Source of the DNA: Eledone cirrhosa
Taxonomy: Eukaryota
Length of the DNA: 64,000 bases
Direction: 5' to 3'
NCBI GenBank assembly: GCA_964016885.1
Contig: OZ024751.1
Coordinates: forward strand, 23,312,001 to 23,376,000
Each line of letters opens with the position of its first letter. Positions within the stretch are counted from its first letter, which is position 1. Of this stretch, positions 29,684 through 43,301 are shown piece after piece. A program made the translations under genes and the position numbers. Under the pieces are notes generated by a model that worked only from the letters and a program-made list of their open reading frames with translations, was not told where the DNA came from and did not search any database.

Positions 29684-30067
29684 AAACACACACACACACG
29701 CACCTATGGTAAACACACACACACGCACCTATGGTAAACACACACACACGCACCCATGGTAAACACAGACACACGCACCTATGGTAAACACACACACACG
29801 CACCTATGGTAAACACACACACGCACCCATGGTAAACACACACACACGCACCTATGGTAAACACACACACGCACCCATGGTAAACACACACACACACGCA
29901 CCTATGGTAAACACACACACACGCACCTATGGTAAACACACACACACGCACCCATGGTAAACACAGACACACGCACCTATGGTAAACACACACACGCACC
30001 CATGGTAAACACACACACACGCACCTATGGTAAACACATACACACACACACCTATGGTAAACACACA
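29684..30067 (+). repeat. Minisatellite gcacc(t/c)atggtaa plus variable (AC)n, ~23-27-bp units
   Basis: About 15 visible units. Confidence 0.95.
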
Positions 30068-30227
30068 TACAAAGATGTGGTAAGATGCAGACGACATTTT
30101 AGTTCAAACGATCTTATCTTCCGGTAAACTGTAAATAACGACAATACGAACACCACATCGTCTCAGCCTTCTGAGATGTACAGCTGACAGAATTAGCGAT
30201 TGAACTAAATCTTAGACCATAGATACA

Positions 30228-30420
30228 ATAATGGTTTCTACTTTAGGCACAAGGCCAGCAATTACACCAGTGCATTACTGGTACTTTATTTTATCGACCC
30301 CGTAAGGATGAAAGGCAAAGTTAACCTCGGCGCGATTTGAACTCAGAATGGCAAGGGCCGTAACTCTATGCGTCAAAGCATGGCGTCCGACTCTCTACCG
30401 ATACTGCCAATCCATCGCCC
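30228..30420 (-). mobile_element. Main-family SINE
   Basis: Near-consensus copy. Confidence 0.92.
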
Positions 30421-30975
30421 TTATCTCAAATAATGAAGTACTTAACTATGCTGTAGTGAGGAAAAGCACAGGTTTATTTTTCTTAGCAATATCATATTGT
30501 TTAGATTTATTTTTATTTTCTCCACTTCAAAATATGATTTATTTTCATCTCTACATGTGTGCGTATGCTCACAATGTTTGAATGCATGTCATGTTATTTG
30601 CGTGTGAATATGTATATACCTGTATATGTTAATTGTGTACGTCTCTCTATACCTGTTCATGTATTTGTGTATATGTCTGTGTGTATATATCTTTATTTAT
30701 GTTTGTGTATATATGTGTAGACATCTGTACATGTTATACGTGCCTCTGTATAACGTGATGGAGTATGTGTGTTTGTATATGCTATGTATATGTGCATATC
30801 TATGGTGTGTGTACGTATATCTATACATACACACATATATATCTATATATGTGTATGTATAACATCTCTACATGTGTGGGTATGCTCATAATGTAATAAT
30901 TAAATATGAATAGAATTTTGAGTGAAACATTTCAGTGATAAGGATATTGTTGTTACAGCTCATGTCAATGTAAGT

Positions 30976-32305
30976 TTAACTGGCCTTGTATTAGGCCACA
31001 TCTCATTTCATAGTTATCTGGCCTTGTATTAGGCCACGTCTCATTTCATATTTATCTGGCCTTGTATTAGGCCACGTCTCATTTCATAGTTAACTGGCCT
31101 TGTATTAGGCCACGTCTCATTTCATAGTTAACTGGCCTTGTATTAGGCCACATCTCATTTCATAGTTATCTGGCCTTGTATTAGGCCACGTCTCATTTCA
31201 TAGTTATCTGGCCTTGTATTAGGCCACGTCTCATTTCATAGTTATCTGGCCTTGTATTAGGCCACATCTCATTTCATAGTTAACTGGCCTTGTATTAGGC
31301 CACGTCTCATTTCATAGTTAACTGGCCTTGTATTAGGCCACATCTCATTTCATAGTTAACTGGCCTTGTATTAGGCCACGTCTCATTTCATAGTTAACTG
31401 GCCTTGTATTAGGCCACATCTCATTTCATAGTTATCTGGCCTTGTATTAGGCCACGTCTCATTTCATAGTTATCTGGCCTTGTATTAGGCCACGTCTCAT
31501 TTCATAGTTATCTGGCCTTGTATTAGGCCACGTCTCATTTCATAGTTAACTGGCCTTGTATTAGGCCACATCTCATTTCATAGTTATCTGGCCTTGTATT
31601 AGGCCACATCTCATTTCATAGTTATCTGGCCTTGTATTAGGCCACATCTCATTTCATAGTTATCTGGCCTTGTATTAGGCCACATCTCATTTCATAGTTA
31701 ACTGGCCTTGTATTAGGCCACGTCTCATTTCATAGTTAACTGGCCTTGTATTAGGCCACATCTCATTTCATAGTTATCTGGCCTTGTATTAGGCCACGTC
31801 TCATTTCATAGTTATCTGGCCTTGTATTAGGCCACATCTCATTTCATAGTTATCTGGCCTTGTATTAGGCCACATCTCATTTCATAGTTATCTGGCCTTG
31901 TATTAGGCCACGTCTCATTTCATAGTTATCTGGCCTTGTATTAGGGCACATCTCATTTCATAGTTAACTGGCCTTGTATTAGGCCACATCTCATTTCATA
32001 GTTAACTGGCCTTGTATTAGGGCACATCTCATTTCATAGTTATCTGGCCTTGTATTAGGCCACATCTCATTTCATAGTTATCTGGCCTTGTATTAGGCCA
32101 CGTCTCATTTCATAGTTATCTGGCCTTGTATTAGGCCACATCTCATTTCATAGTTATCTGGCCTTGTATTAGGCCACATCTCATTTCATAGTTATCTGGC
32201 CCTGTATTAGGCCACATCTCATTTCATAGTTAACTGGCCTTGTACTAGGCCACATCTCATTTCATAGTTATCTGGCCTTGTATTAGGCCACATCTCATTT
32301 CATAG
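30976..32305 (+). repeat. 38-bp minisatellite, about 35 copies
   Basis: Unit tggccttgtattaggccac(a/g)tctcatttcatagtta(t/a)c with internal hairpin TGGCCT-N6-AGGCCA. Confidence 0.97.
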
Positions 32306-32566
32306 AAGGTTTTTAAGGATGTCTTAAAGAAAAGGTTACCGTGAAATGAAACGTTGTTCGTAAAACAGAAATACATGTCGTTTTTTTTTTTTGTTTTTTT
32401 TTACGTAAAACCTAGCATGTTCTCGTGCAATTTCCTAACATCATACGACAGAAAAATGTCATTCGAAAAAGGTTGTAAGTGGAATCACGCTTTGTGTTCA
32501 TTGTATACATCTCTCTTATTGCTATTGTCAATTATTCCTCAATAGGTTATGACTATCATTTAATTA

Positions 32567-32913
32567 TGATGATGATGGTGGTGGTGATAGTAATGGTGGT
32601 GATGGAAATGGTGGTTATGGTGATGGTAATGGTAGTGATGGTGATGGTAATGGTGGTGATGGTGATGGTAATGGTGGTGATGGAAATAGAAGTGATGGTG
32701 ATGGTAATGGTAGTGATGGTGATGGTAATGGTGGTGATGGTGATGGTAATGGTGGTGATGGAAATAGAAGTGATGGTGATGGTAATGGTGGTGATGGTGA
32801 TGGTAATGGTGGTGATGGTGATGGTAATGGTGGTGATGGAAATGGAAGTGATGGTGATGGTAATGGTGGTGATGGTGATGGTAATGGTGGTGATGGTGAT
32901 AATAGTGATGATG
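32567..32913 (+). repeat. ATG/GTG triplet repeat with 78-bp higher-order period
   Basis: tggaaat(a/g)gaag recurs at 32681, 32759 and 32837. Confidence 0.9.
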
Positions 32914-33129
32914 AAAACACTGATTATTTCATTTCAATAAAAGGGAAGGAAGAGAAAAAAAAATTACAGTTGATTACAATAAAACATGCATTTCCTTCAC
33001 GCTTCATGTGTTTTATATTTTTACTTGCCTATAAAAATCTGTTGTACACCTTCCATCAATTGAAACTCACGAGAAGGAGGAACATAATAAAGTGTTTTCA
33101 AAAAGTGGGACGATAACATTAAAAAGATT

Positions 33130-33345
33130 TCGTGGCAGCATCGGTAGAGCGCCGAACAAAATACTTTGTGGCATATAGGTGAGACCCTTTACGTTTTGGG
33201 TTCAAATCCTGCCGAGGTTAGCTTTGTTTTTTATACTTACAGAGTTGATAAACTAAAGCACCAGTAGCACACTGGGATCGATTTAATCGACTTTCCCCTT
33301 CCGTTCAAATTACTGGCCTTGTGCCAAATGTAGAAACAATTATTT
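33130..33345 (+). mobile_element. Main-family SINE (diverged)
   Basis: tggcagcatcggtagagc...gggttcaaatcc...ggccttgtgccaaatgtagaaac. Confidence 0.85.
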
Positions 33346-33591
33346 ATGAGGTTGCTGGCTATTTAGCTAGTTTAGATCAAGAAATCACCTCGGCCAGAGA
33401 TATCCTTAAAAGCTTACAACTTTGTAAGCTAGAAGTTTGTGTCAAACTGTTTATAAATTTCTTTGAATCTACTTTTTTGACTCGGGTTACCACCACACCG
33501 ATACATCAGAGGTTGGCTCCGTGTGACCCGAGAAACAAGACACGTCTGTCTGTCTATCTTTGTCTCTATCTGTTTGCCTGCCTGTGTATCA

Positions 33592-33753
<162 letters not shown>

Positions 33754-34050
33754 GTATATATATATAAAAACAAATAACGAAACGAAATTAAATTTCGTTT
33801 CGTTTGTAACTCACTTTTGTATGACTGACGCTTAAACAATTAAGTTAAAAATGTACATCCACATATGTATACTGAAATACTAGTATGCATATGAATACAC
33901 ACACGTATACATATGTAGATGTACCGAGTTTTTCACTGGTCACTTTACTGTGAGTGTCCAGCTATTCTGTATGTAAACACACAGACAAACCGGTTTTTAG
34001 AGTCATACTGGTTTTTGAGGAAACACCTTTCCTCTATTTTAACTTAATTG

Positions 34051-34091
<41 letters not shown>

Positions 34092-34573
34092 TACACTCAC
34101 ACATATATACAAGAGTACGTTTGTATGTGTTTGTATATCAAACTATTTATTGCTCATCGAAACGTCATTAAAATGTCACGATGTCATTGTGTTACAAATA
34201 AATTTTGCTATTCCTTCAGTTGCCAACTCTAGTGCTATACAAGTAGCAATATCAATTGCCCCCCTTCTCCCTAATGTCATTTAAGGTATCTATAAAATAT
34301 TTAAATCATTTGAACCATTTAAAGCCGGGCTGCAAGGGTGTTTTTTTTTGTTTCGTATATGAAGATAAAGGGTAAAATTCCTGTACAAATGTATAACCTT
34401 GAAACGTTCACACACACTTACATACACACACATATGTGTGTGTGTATATTCACATACGTAAATAAATACTGACACATACAAACACACACAGTTGTATACT
34501 CACATATGTGTGTGTGTGAGTGTTGTCATGATGGTTGTTGTCATACAAGTTACAGACCTTTATATACAACTAC

Positions 34574-34635
<62 letters not shown>

Positions 34636-34663
34636 CATGAAAAATATTCTCATAATCAAAATA

Positions 34664-34730
34664 TATATTTTATTATACGTATTTCAAAGGTACAATGGTG
34701 TTTAAGTACGTTTTCATCAGACAAAATATA
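34664..34730 (-). ncRNA. Minimal type I hammerhead ribozyme (family E)
   Basis: Minus strand: tatattttgt CTGATGA aaac-gtac...gtac-cttt GAAA TACGTA TA ataaaatata. Confidence 0.85.
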
Positions 34731-34801
34731 TGATTTGATATGTGACATACTGCTAAGGTTTTTATTATTCAACTCCAGTATTGGAATATATATATATATA
34801 T

Positions 34802-35207
34802 ATAAGTATGTATACGTACATACATATATGTATACAAACGTACAGTAGTATGTATATATATATACATACATGCACACATATATATATGTACATTTATTAT
34901 AATGTTCGGTGTGTTTGTAAACAAACATCCCGAATTAAGCCGTACAGTGTTTAGCAATCATCGCTGCTCTTTTGTTCAACACTGATAAAGGAACGATGTA
35001 CTAGTTTCAAGCTTATTAGCTATCGTCAGCACCGTATACTTTCCTGCCAGATGATTGAACGTCTGAAAGTATATACTTTCCTTATGCATATTAACGGCTG
35101 AGCAGCCTAATTTGTATATTGGGTGAGTTAATCGGCCGGGCGCACCGAAAACGATAAACGGAAAAAATGAAACGAAATTTCATTTCTCACTCTTAGTACG
35201 GCTGTTA
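34802..35207 (-). mobile_element. Family F element, circularly permuted relative to 2832-3218
   Basis: The block taacagccgtac...ccgttta is 3'-terminal in the 2832 copy but 5'-terminal here. Confidence 0.85.
34993..35035 (-). ncRNA. Minimal type I hammerhead ribozyme (family F, intact core)
   Basis: Minus strand: acggtg CTGACGA t-agct-aata-agct-t GAAA CTAG TA catcgt. Confidence 0.88.
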
Positions 35208-36643
35208 TATATATATATATAACGAAGGGGGTGTGGTAAGGAACCAGGTGGACCATAACGTATCAGAGTACTCAATACTTAGAGTAGTAGAGTGGGTAAT
35301 AAAAAATATATACACACACACATATATATATATATACATATATATACATATATATATATATATACAAACACATATATATACTGAAATGACAGAAATCGTT
35401 CAAGCGTTGGATTAAACATCTATCGGTATTTGTTCCGACTCTTTGCGCTCTGGACCCTAATTTCTGTTGATCTCAATTTCTCTTAAGCCATTGAGGATTT
35501 ATCCCCTTAACAATACAGAATCATCACTTAAGAATGGAATTCAGAAGAGCTTCTGCATGCAAAATTGGCTTGAAATCAGCAAATAGATAAATAAACCCGA
35601 GAATAAACGAGTGAAATAGGCGTGAAGAAAAGTTGATTTGTAAAGTTGATATATGCACGAGTATGTGGCATACGTAGGTGTATATCTATTGTGTGTATAT
35701 ATAAGTAATTGTTTATGTATTTGTTTGTATGTATGCATACATGTATATATGTTTGTGTGTTTTTATGTTTGTAGTATGTATGTTTATATGTATCTGCATG
35801 TGTCTTTTTGATGAAGTGTGAGTGTATATGCGTGTATATATATGTGTGAGTGTATGTATGTGTGTGCGTGTATGTGTGTTTGTGTATGTATGTATGTATG
35901 TATGTATGTATGTATGTGCGTATGTACGATTACGTATGTATGTCTATTACGTATGTATGTTTATATGTGTATGGATGGGCATGACAAAGTTAAGAAGCCT
36001 ACGGTGAGACCATTGTTACACATTTCTAAAGCAACTCAGACACTAGTTACGTATAAGTATTCTTTGATGTATTGAATTATTTAGCAAAGAAAATATACAT
36101 CTCTAGGCGTGATTTGTGTGCGTAATATTTCTAAGGAGAATTCCGAGACTGCGCTTCAATTGAATTTATTTCGCGGCTTTACAGACAACTTGTAAATTAC
36201 TGTTAACTAATGGTTAGTGTGCTGGACTCATGGTCATGGGGTGGTACTTTCCATTTCTGGATTGGCTGGTGCAGCGCATTCTTAAGAAAGATGCTTCATT
36301 TCACGATCCTTTTGTAAAAAGCACCCCAGAAGTCAACTATTAGATACAATTTCACAAGAGGCCAGCTAAACCTGCATATTTGGAAGTGGCACATTTTTAA
36401 TTTAATTTAATTTAATTTTTTAAACATTTTAATTAATTTTAATTTTAGCATAATTTATTTAATTTACAATTTTTGAAGCCGAATTTTCAACTTTTAAGCG
36501 GTGAGAATATATATACATATTGAGGTAGGAGGTGAGTTTTATTGTAGCACAATAAAGCAATGCAAATATCGGATAGGTAACACTCTACTGATTTAAAACT
36601 CCACTATTCACAAGTGTTTTTTAAGCTTCATATCATGTCTCCC

Positions 36644-36714
36644 TATTTTATCTGATGAGAACGCAGATATCAGCCCGTGATGATATTTGTTTTTGAAATG
36701 CGCATAATAAAATA
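36644..36714 (+). ncRNA. Minimal type I hammerhead ribozyme (family A, within module ~36521-36745)
   Basis: tattttat CTGATGA gaacgcagatatca...tgatatttgttttt GAAA TGCGCA TA ataaaata. Confidence 0.88.
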
Positions 36715-37264
36715 CTTGGAACTCTTTTAACCATCTTTTGATATATGTATATATATATGAAAATATAAAGGATAATATACTCAAGCACAGAAATGCTATA
36801 TAGATAGATTATAAAATAAGGTGGAGACCCTAAAGAGTCGGAAAAAAGTTACATAAATATCGTGTTGTTAATGGACAACATTATCAAATGTCACACCCAC
36901 TACATGTTAATAAGATGGTGGGTAAGATATCTAACTACTATTTTTAGCAGGTCAACATGACAACATAAAGACTATATACACAATATCCAACGTGATATTC
37001 ACCGTGATATTCTCCGATATTGGATTTTCACCCCGAAACTCGATACCAACCCGGAGTACACCTGAACTTCCACCTGGAAATCTTTCGTATCTTTGAAATT
37101 TTCTTTGCTTCTTGCATTTAAATATTCCACGACTCTCTACCACTTTTCCTCTACTACAATCTTCTTACACCACTTTCTTCTTCTCACCCGTCTATTTTTC
37201 ACTCCCACCCTAGTACCTTCAATATGCCCAATCTCAAATATTTTCTCCGTCAGCTCCCTTCTAC

Positions 37265-37526
37265 TCTCAAGCGCTTCCTCCAACCATTCCCCTCTATTTT
37301 GCAAGAGATGTCAACATGAATGGACCTGTTATTTTCATCTAAAGACATTTTTTCCAATTACATTCCGCTCGTCCCCCCCAATCTATCCTATTTCTCATTT
37401 TTTCTTCGGTTGAAGGACTAGCGTCCGAAACGTTAAAACCCTCTTCCTGCTATATCAAGCGTTAACCTAATATATCCCTTCCATATACTGTACCGATTGT
37501 GTTGTTATTTCTGTTTACCTTTTACA
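37265..37526 (+). mobile_element. Penelope-like 3' region with decayed hammerhead (37402-37438)
   Basis: tctt CGGTTGA aggactagcgtcc GAAA CG TT aaaa. Second copy at 49684-49945. Confidence 0.7.
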
Positions 37527-37956
37527 TACATATATATATCACTACTATTTCTATCATATCCAAATCATAGTGTAAAACTCTACTAAATTATCAAATGTGA
37601 CATTCACCATTTCAAGACTCTTGGTGGTGGTGGTGGTGGTGGTGAGAGGGAAGCATTTAGTTACTACTTTTACCACGTCGAGATGTCAGATTAAAGACTA
37701 TCACGTTGGACCTATCTTAATTCAGTTCTCATGAAATATGCTGTTAGCACTAACATATAATACGCTTAAATCTCTTCTCTTCTGTCATTGATAGCTAAAA
37801 ACCATGTATATGCAAATTGGTTGTCTTCTTGTCGTTTTGGTTTATTTCCTTTCTTGGCAACTGTATAAGTATTCCTGTATTTTTTAGACACATTCCATCA
37901 AAATGTTAATTTGTCCTATCGTTATATGGTGTAAAAATACTTGAACATGTACGTTG

Positions 37957-38028
<72 letters not shown>

Positions 38029-38439
38029 GTACACACACAATCACGCACACATATACACAAAGAAAGATGGAAGCAAGTGTAAGAGAAGGGATGAGAAAGA
38101 AATACTGACGTATACACTGCAACTCACACCAACATCATACTTCAATTATTGAAACTCTCAAGCAAATTATATGCCACTGAGGTTAATCGATGTCAGATGT
38201 GGCTGATTGATCAGATATTCCCTCCATGTAACAGATAATGTCGTCTTTTCTAGATTCTTCTTGAGAAGTTCTTGAGGTTATTGATATTAAAATATGATTT
38301 TGACCAGCAGGCGTCTAAATAAACTGCATCCAAGTTTTTCATAATAATTATTTTCACCGTTTGCAGAGTGCTACAGAGCTTTTTTTAAAACATATATAGC
38401 CTATTTAACACTCAGTCTCATAATAGTATGAGTCATTTG

Positions 38440-38990
38440 ACAGGTACTTACTATATTTTATCAACCTCGGAAGAATGAAAGGCCAGATTGTTCTAATTGT
38501 GATTTAAACTAAAGTGCAACGAACCGGGAAAATACTGCAAAGTATTTTGTGTGAAGCTCTAACGATCCTGCCAATCTTTTATCACGCTCAACCCCCAAAT
38601 AATTCTTTATATATTGACTCCAATACTTAACTGGTACTTTATTCTATCCACTCGGGAGGATTAAAGGCAAAGCTAACCTCGGTGGGATTTGAACTCAGAA
38701 TGTTAAGAGCCAGAACAAGATGCTCTACCGATTCTGAAAATCTATTACCCTAGGTCACCAATTAATAATTGTTTCTGCTTCTGGCTCAATGCCAACAATT
38801 TGAAGGTAGGGAAAGTCGATTAAATCGACTCCAGTGCGTTACTGGTACTTTATTTTATCAACCCCCGTAAGGATGAAAGGCAAAACTAACCTCAACGGGA
38901 TTTGATCTCACAACGTAAAAAGGAGCAACTATATATCACAAAGCATGTTGTGTCACGCTCTAACGTTGCTACCAAACCCCCGCCCAAGGT
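38440..38990 (-). mobile_element. Three degenerate main-family SINEs
   Basis: Repeated actggtactttatt...aaggcaaag...ggatttgaactc. Confidence 0.8.
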
Positions 38991-40029
38991 CACGAATCAA
39001 TAATAATAATAATGAATGGCAAGACTAATAAAAAAATAAAGAAAAACAATAGAAAACAGAAAATATATTTCAAAATACAATTCATCATGCCATTTCGTGT
39101 AAAAAATATACATATTTAAATTGGTAAATTTGGTTTGTTTTTCTTATAGATTTTGCTTCGACAATATTATTTATATTATATTCAAAATTTTATGCATTTC
39201 TGTTCCTTTAAAATACACAAGGCAGCAAGATTCCACCAGTACGGTCGAACTGCCACGGTTCTAACTGCACCTGTTCTCCTGGGATGTTCCCTACTAGATG
39301 CTCTTTGATCAGACTCTCATCTACCCCCTTTCTTTGCTGCTCATGAACTTGCAGCCGTTCTATACTGAATGGCTGGTAGATGCAAAATGTAACCAGCCAA
39401 ATGAAACAAACGCAGCACCGTGGTTTTTGCAACGACAGAAACGTGCTTTGCAAATGAATTTATTCATCTACAATCTTGTCTCAGGGCCTCTTTAATTTCC
39501 ATTCATAGATCGATACTTCTTCCTTTCTCTCTTTCAAGAACGTTATTGGCAGAATCAGTAGAGAGTTAGACGGCTGCCGAGGTTAACTTTGCATTTCATC
39601 CTCACGGGGGTCGATAAAATAAAATACCAGTAATGCACTTGTGCCAAATGTAGAAACAATTATTAAGCCTCTCTCTCTGTACAATCGCCACTAAATAAAT
39701 TGTTAGTTTAATTCTATCTAGAAGCGCTAAATCCTAGAAATTTAAAGAGGCAATAGTTTACTATATGTTGTGTCAATCAAGAAATATTTCGTTGAACTTC
39801 AGTTGCATTGGGCCTTCACATATTAGCCCGAGGTACAAACGTGCATCACGTCATAAATTCCTACTACCTACTATATTAAATATTTTAATTGAACACACAC
39901 AGAGACTCACACACACGTAGACACACAGACACACAGACACACAGGCTCTCGCCCTCTCTCTCTCTCACACACACTTACACACACACACATAGTCACACAC
40001 ACAGGCACACACATACACACATATATATG

Positions 40030-40119
<90 letters not shown>

Positions 40120-40128
<9 letters not shown>

Positions 40129-40273
40129 ATATGACTGTAGGTTGAGTAAAATCTTCGATGGAGCCTACTACAAAATTTACAGCTCCTCACTACATGATCA
40201 CGCTGAAATAATCTCTTCAAAACTGCATTGAGTGTTAATAATGTTATCCGCCACACTATAAACAGGTAGATCC

Positions 40274-40364
<91 letters not shown>

Positions 40365-40365
40365 G

Positions 40366-40412
<47 letters not shown>

Positions 40413-40557
40413 ATATGACTGTAGGTTGAGTAAAATCTTCGATGGAGCCTACTACAAAATTTACAGCTCCTCACTACATGATCACGCTGAAATAATCTCT
40501 TCAAAACTGCATTGAGTGTTAATAATGTTATCCGCCACACTATAAACAGGTAGATCC

Positions 40558-40615
<58 letters not shown>

Positions 40616-40620
40616 TACAC
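40120..40620 (+). repeat. Identical tandem duplication of a ~146-bp unique segment bounded by (TA)n and (CA)n
   Basis: atgactgtaggttgag...tagatccagta at 40131 and 40415. Confidence 0.92.
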
Positions 40621-40629
40621 ATATATATA

Positions 40630-40698
40630 TTGGGTCGCCAAAGTATGAAAATTGTAGAAATTTCTTCTTTTCTACAAATTTCATACTTGACGACCCAA
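40630..40698. mobile_element. 69-bp mariner-like MITE
   Basis: TA|TTGGGTCGCCAAAGTATGAAA...TTTCATACTTGACGACCCAA|TA. Confidence 0.75.
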
Positions 40699-40716
40699 TA
40701 TATATATATATATACG

Positions 40717-40780
<64 letters not shown>

Positions 40781-41660
40781 AAAAATGGAGTGCTGCGTGG
40801 TTGCACATGGGTTACATATGAATAAAATTAGTCCTTCATCAGTGATCTTCCAACTTTCATTGGTATTTCATTGCTTTAAAAATCATATACCTCTAGTTGG
40901 TGCGAGCAATAACACAATAAAGTTATTGGGAGAAGTAAAATACGGTGAAACGAGCGAGACATGTAAACAAACAACGATGGTATTGCAACGAAAAGATAGG
41001 AAGAGACAAGTACATGATATCTATAAGCTTAAGTTTGGTGAAATCATGGACGAGAGATACAGACCTTCCGACCTGGGTGAGATGTGAGGGAGAAAAGGAT
41101 TTCACACAGGTCAAACGGGAGCAAGTGAGAGAGGGGGAGAAGCAGAGAGTGAGTGAGTGGAAGTGTGAGGAAGAGGCCAGCTGAGAGAGAGTGTGACTGG
41201 CAGAGGGGGTAAAAAGAAGGTGAGAGATACAGAGAGAGGGGAAGAAGTAAGAAAGAAACAGACAATCGCAGCTGAGGAAAAAATATAAATATAAGAAAAA
41301 TGGAGTGCTGCATATATACATATTTTAAAGTTGAGACAGTAATCAGAAAACAAAAAACAAAAAAAAAAACGTGGAAGCGAAGAGGCAGTACAAATGTATA
41401 TTAGTTTCACGCTTGAGAGTGGGTGTATATAATATATACACCCTAAGAGTCTATATATTATATATATACTATATATATATATACTATATATATATATATA
41501 TATATGCTATATATATATAGTATATATAGTATATATATAATATATATATATATGTATATATGTATATATATATGATAGATGGAATGTTATTAGTTAAGGA
41601 CCAATAAACCATTATTCAATTTATTACACTGTACTTTATAAAAGTAGAGTGTAGATACTC

Positions 41661-41764
41661 TAAGGTTTCTTTGCCTTACGGTTATCATATTACTATTTCG
41701 ATAGCAAATTTCTCATTTGCTATCGAAACGGTAGAAGCTTAACCGAAGGGCAGAGAAATCTTAT
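41661..41764. repeat. Hairpin carrying a hammerhead 3' half on each arm
   Basis: Centre gatagcaaat-ttctc-atttgctatc, then GAAA cggt...accg. The opposite arm keeps accgTA. Confidence 0.6.
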
Positions 41765-42098
41765 AATAATGCTCTTATAATAATACACTTGCACACATAT
41801 ACACACATACATATACGCTCACAGTTGTATGATTGGCCGCATACAAAGACGCACTGGCGTATGTTAAAAAAGATGCTTTCACAAGCATATAACTAATTTC
41901 CATACAATTACTTGGCACGTTTACTTTTATAACCGCCAGTTAAATACGAAATTTATTGGCAAAAAATTCACGCTTCCTTATAAATACTCTTTATAATGTA
42001 AAACAAAATCTTGAATATGGTACATTTTAATGAAATCATAGAAATAAATAATAACAAATAGTAAAAATAAAACACCAATATGGGCATACATAAATGTA

Positions 42099-42136
<38 letters not shown>

Positions 42137-42418
42137 TCAATACATACACAGTAATCTCTGTATGTATGTAAATATATATATAAATACACATACATATATG
42201 CAATCCGGTTTAGTATACATAGTAAAACAAATTACTTACCCCAGCAAACGTAATTCACACGAGGAGTGACTATTTGACATTTAAAATGTTAAAATGTTTC
42301 TATGTAAACGATAAACACACACACACACACACATGTGCAAACATACACATACTCATATGCCTTTTTTCTACGTTTGTGTAAGCAGTTACTATTAAGGATA
42401 AGTCAATATATATATATA

Positions 42419-42613
42419 TAACGAAGGAGGTGTGATAAGAAACCAGATGTACCATAACGCACCAGAGTACACAATAGTTAGGGTAGTAGGGTGGATAATA
42501 GGAAAATGTAAGACCCCGACGGCAGAGCTCAAGCCGTTGCGACGGCTATTTCTGGACTGAAATTGCCGTCGAAACGGCTTGAACTCTGCCGTCGGGGTCT
42601 TACATTTTCCTAT
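42419..42613 (-). mobile_element. TAACGAAGG-family element (variant)
   Basis: Variants aaaatgtaag and gcagag are mirrored in both arms. Confidence 0.88.
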
Positions 42614-42969
42614 ATATATATATATATATGATATATATATAGATATATTTATGACATAAATATAGATATATTTATAGTATAGATATATTTATATGCATAT
42701 ATATATAAATATATCAAAAGCATGTACTGTGTTAGAAACTCAAAATAGTCTCATGACAGTAAATTAGCTCTAGGAAAAAGATTTTTCCGAGCCGTATATA
42801 ACTGAACAAAAAGGAAAAACGAACACAGACATATATATATTTGTTCAAATCGTAATGGACCAAAATCGGTAAGGTGAAAAAAATACTAACTACAGACAAT
42901 AGGGTTTGCTAGACTCAATTTAAGAATAAATTAAGAAAAATAAATACAAACCAGTATTGTGGTAACTAC

Positions 42970-43056
42970 CATCACCCAGACGGTTTTTGATAGAACCGTT
43001 TCGCAATATTATTTGTGAAGAGATATACCAAATTCCAGGCTCATCAGTGGGTGATG
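42970..43056 (-). ncRNA. Full type I hammerhead ribozyme (family G) with GUC site
   Basis: Minus strand: catcaccca CTGATGA gc...atttg...caaat...gc GAAA cggtt-ctatcaaa-aaccg TC tgggtgatg. 9-bp helix I, 6-bp helix III. Confidence 0.92.
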
Positions 43057-43229
43057 AAATTAGTATCCTCCTCACTCCCATGTCAAATAGAAAACTGGAA
43101 AATGTGTGTATATATATATATAACGCACAAGGTTCCGAACTTAGCGTGTCGCGCATACTTATATATAAATATGTATATATATCTATATATCTATATCCAT
43201 ATCTACATATATATTTATATTTATGTATG

Positions 43230-43301
<72 letters not shown>

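Noticed and set aside
30976-32305. CRISPR-like palindromic repeat array
   Set aside because: No unique spacers, no cas genes and a eukaryotic context.
32479-32940. 153-aa Met/Val-rich ORF and opposite-strand Pro/Ser ORF
   Set aside because: Triplet-repeat read-through.
36952-37143. Possible GIY-YIG C-terminal remnant (RYWIFT) upstream of the decayed hammerhead
   Set aside because: Too short and broken to support a coding call.
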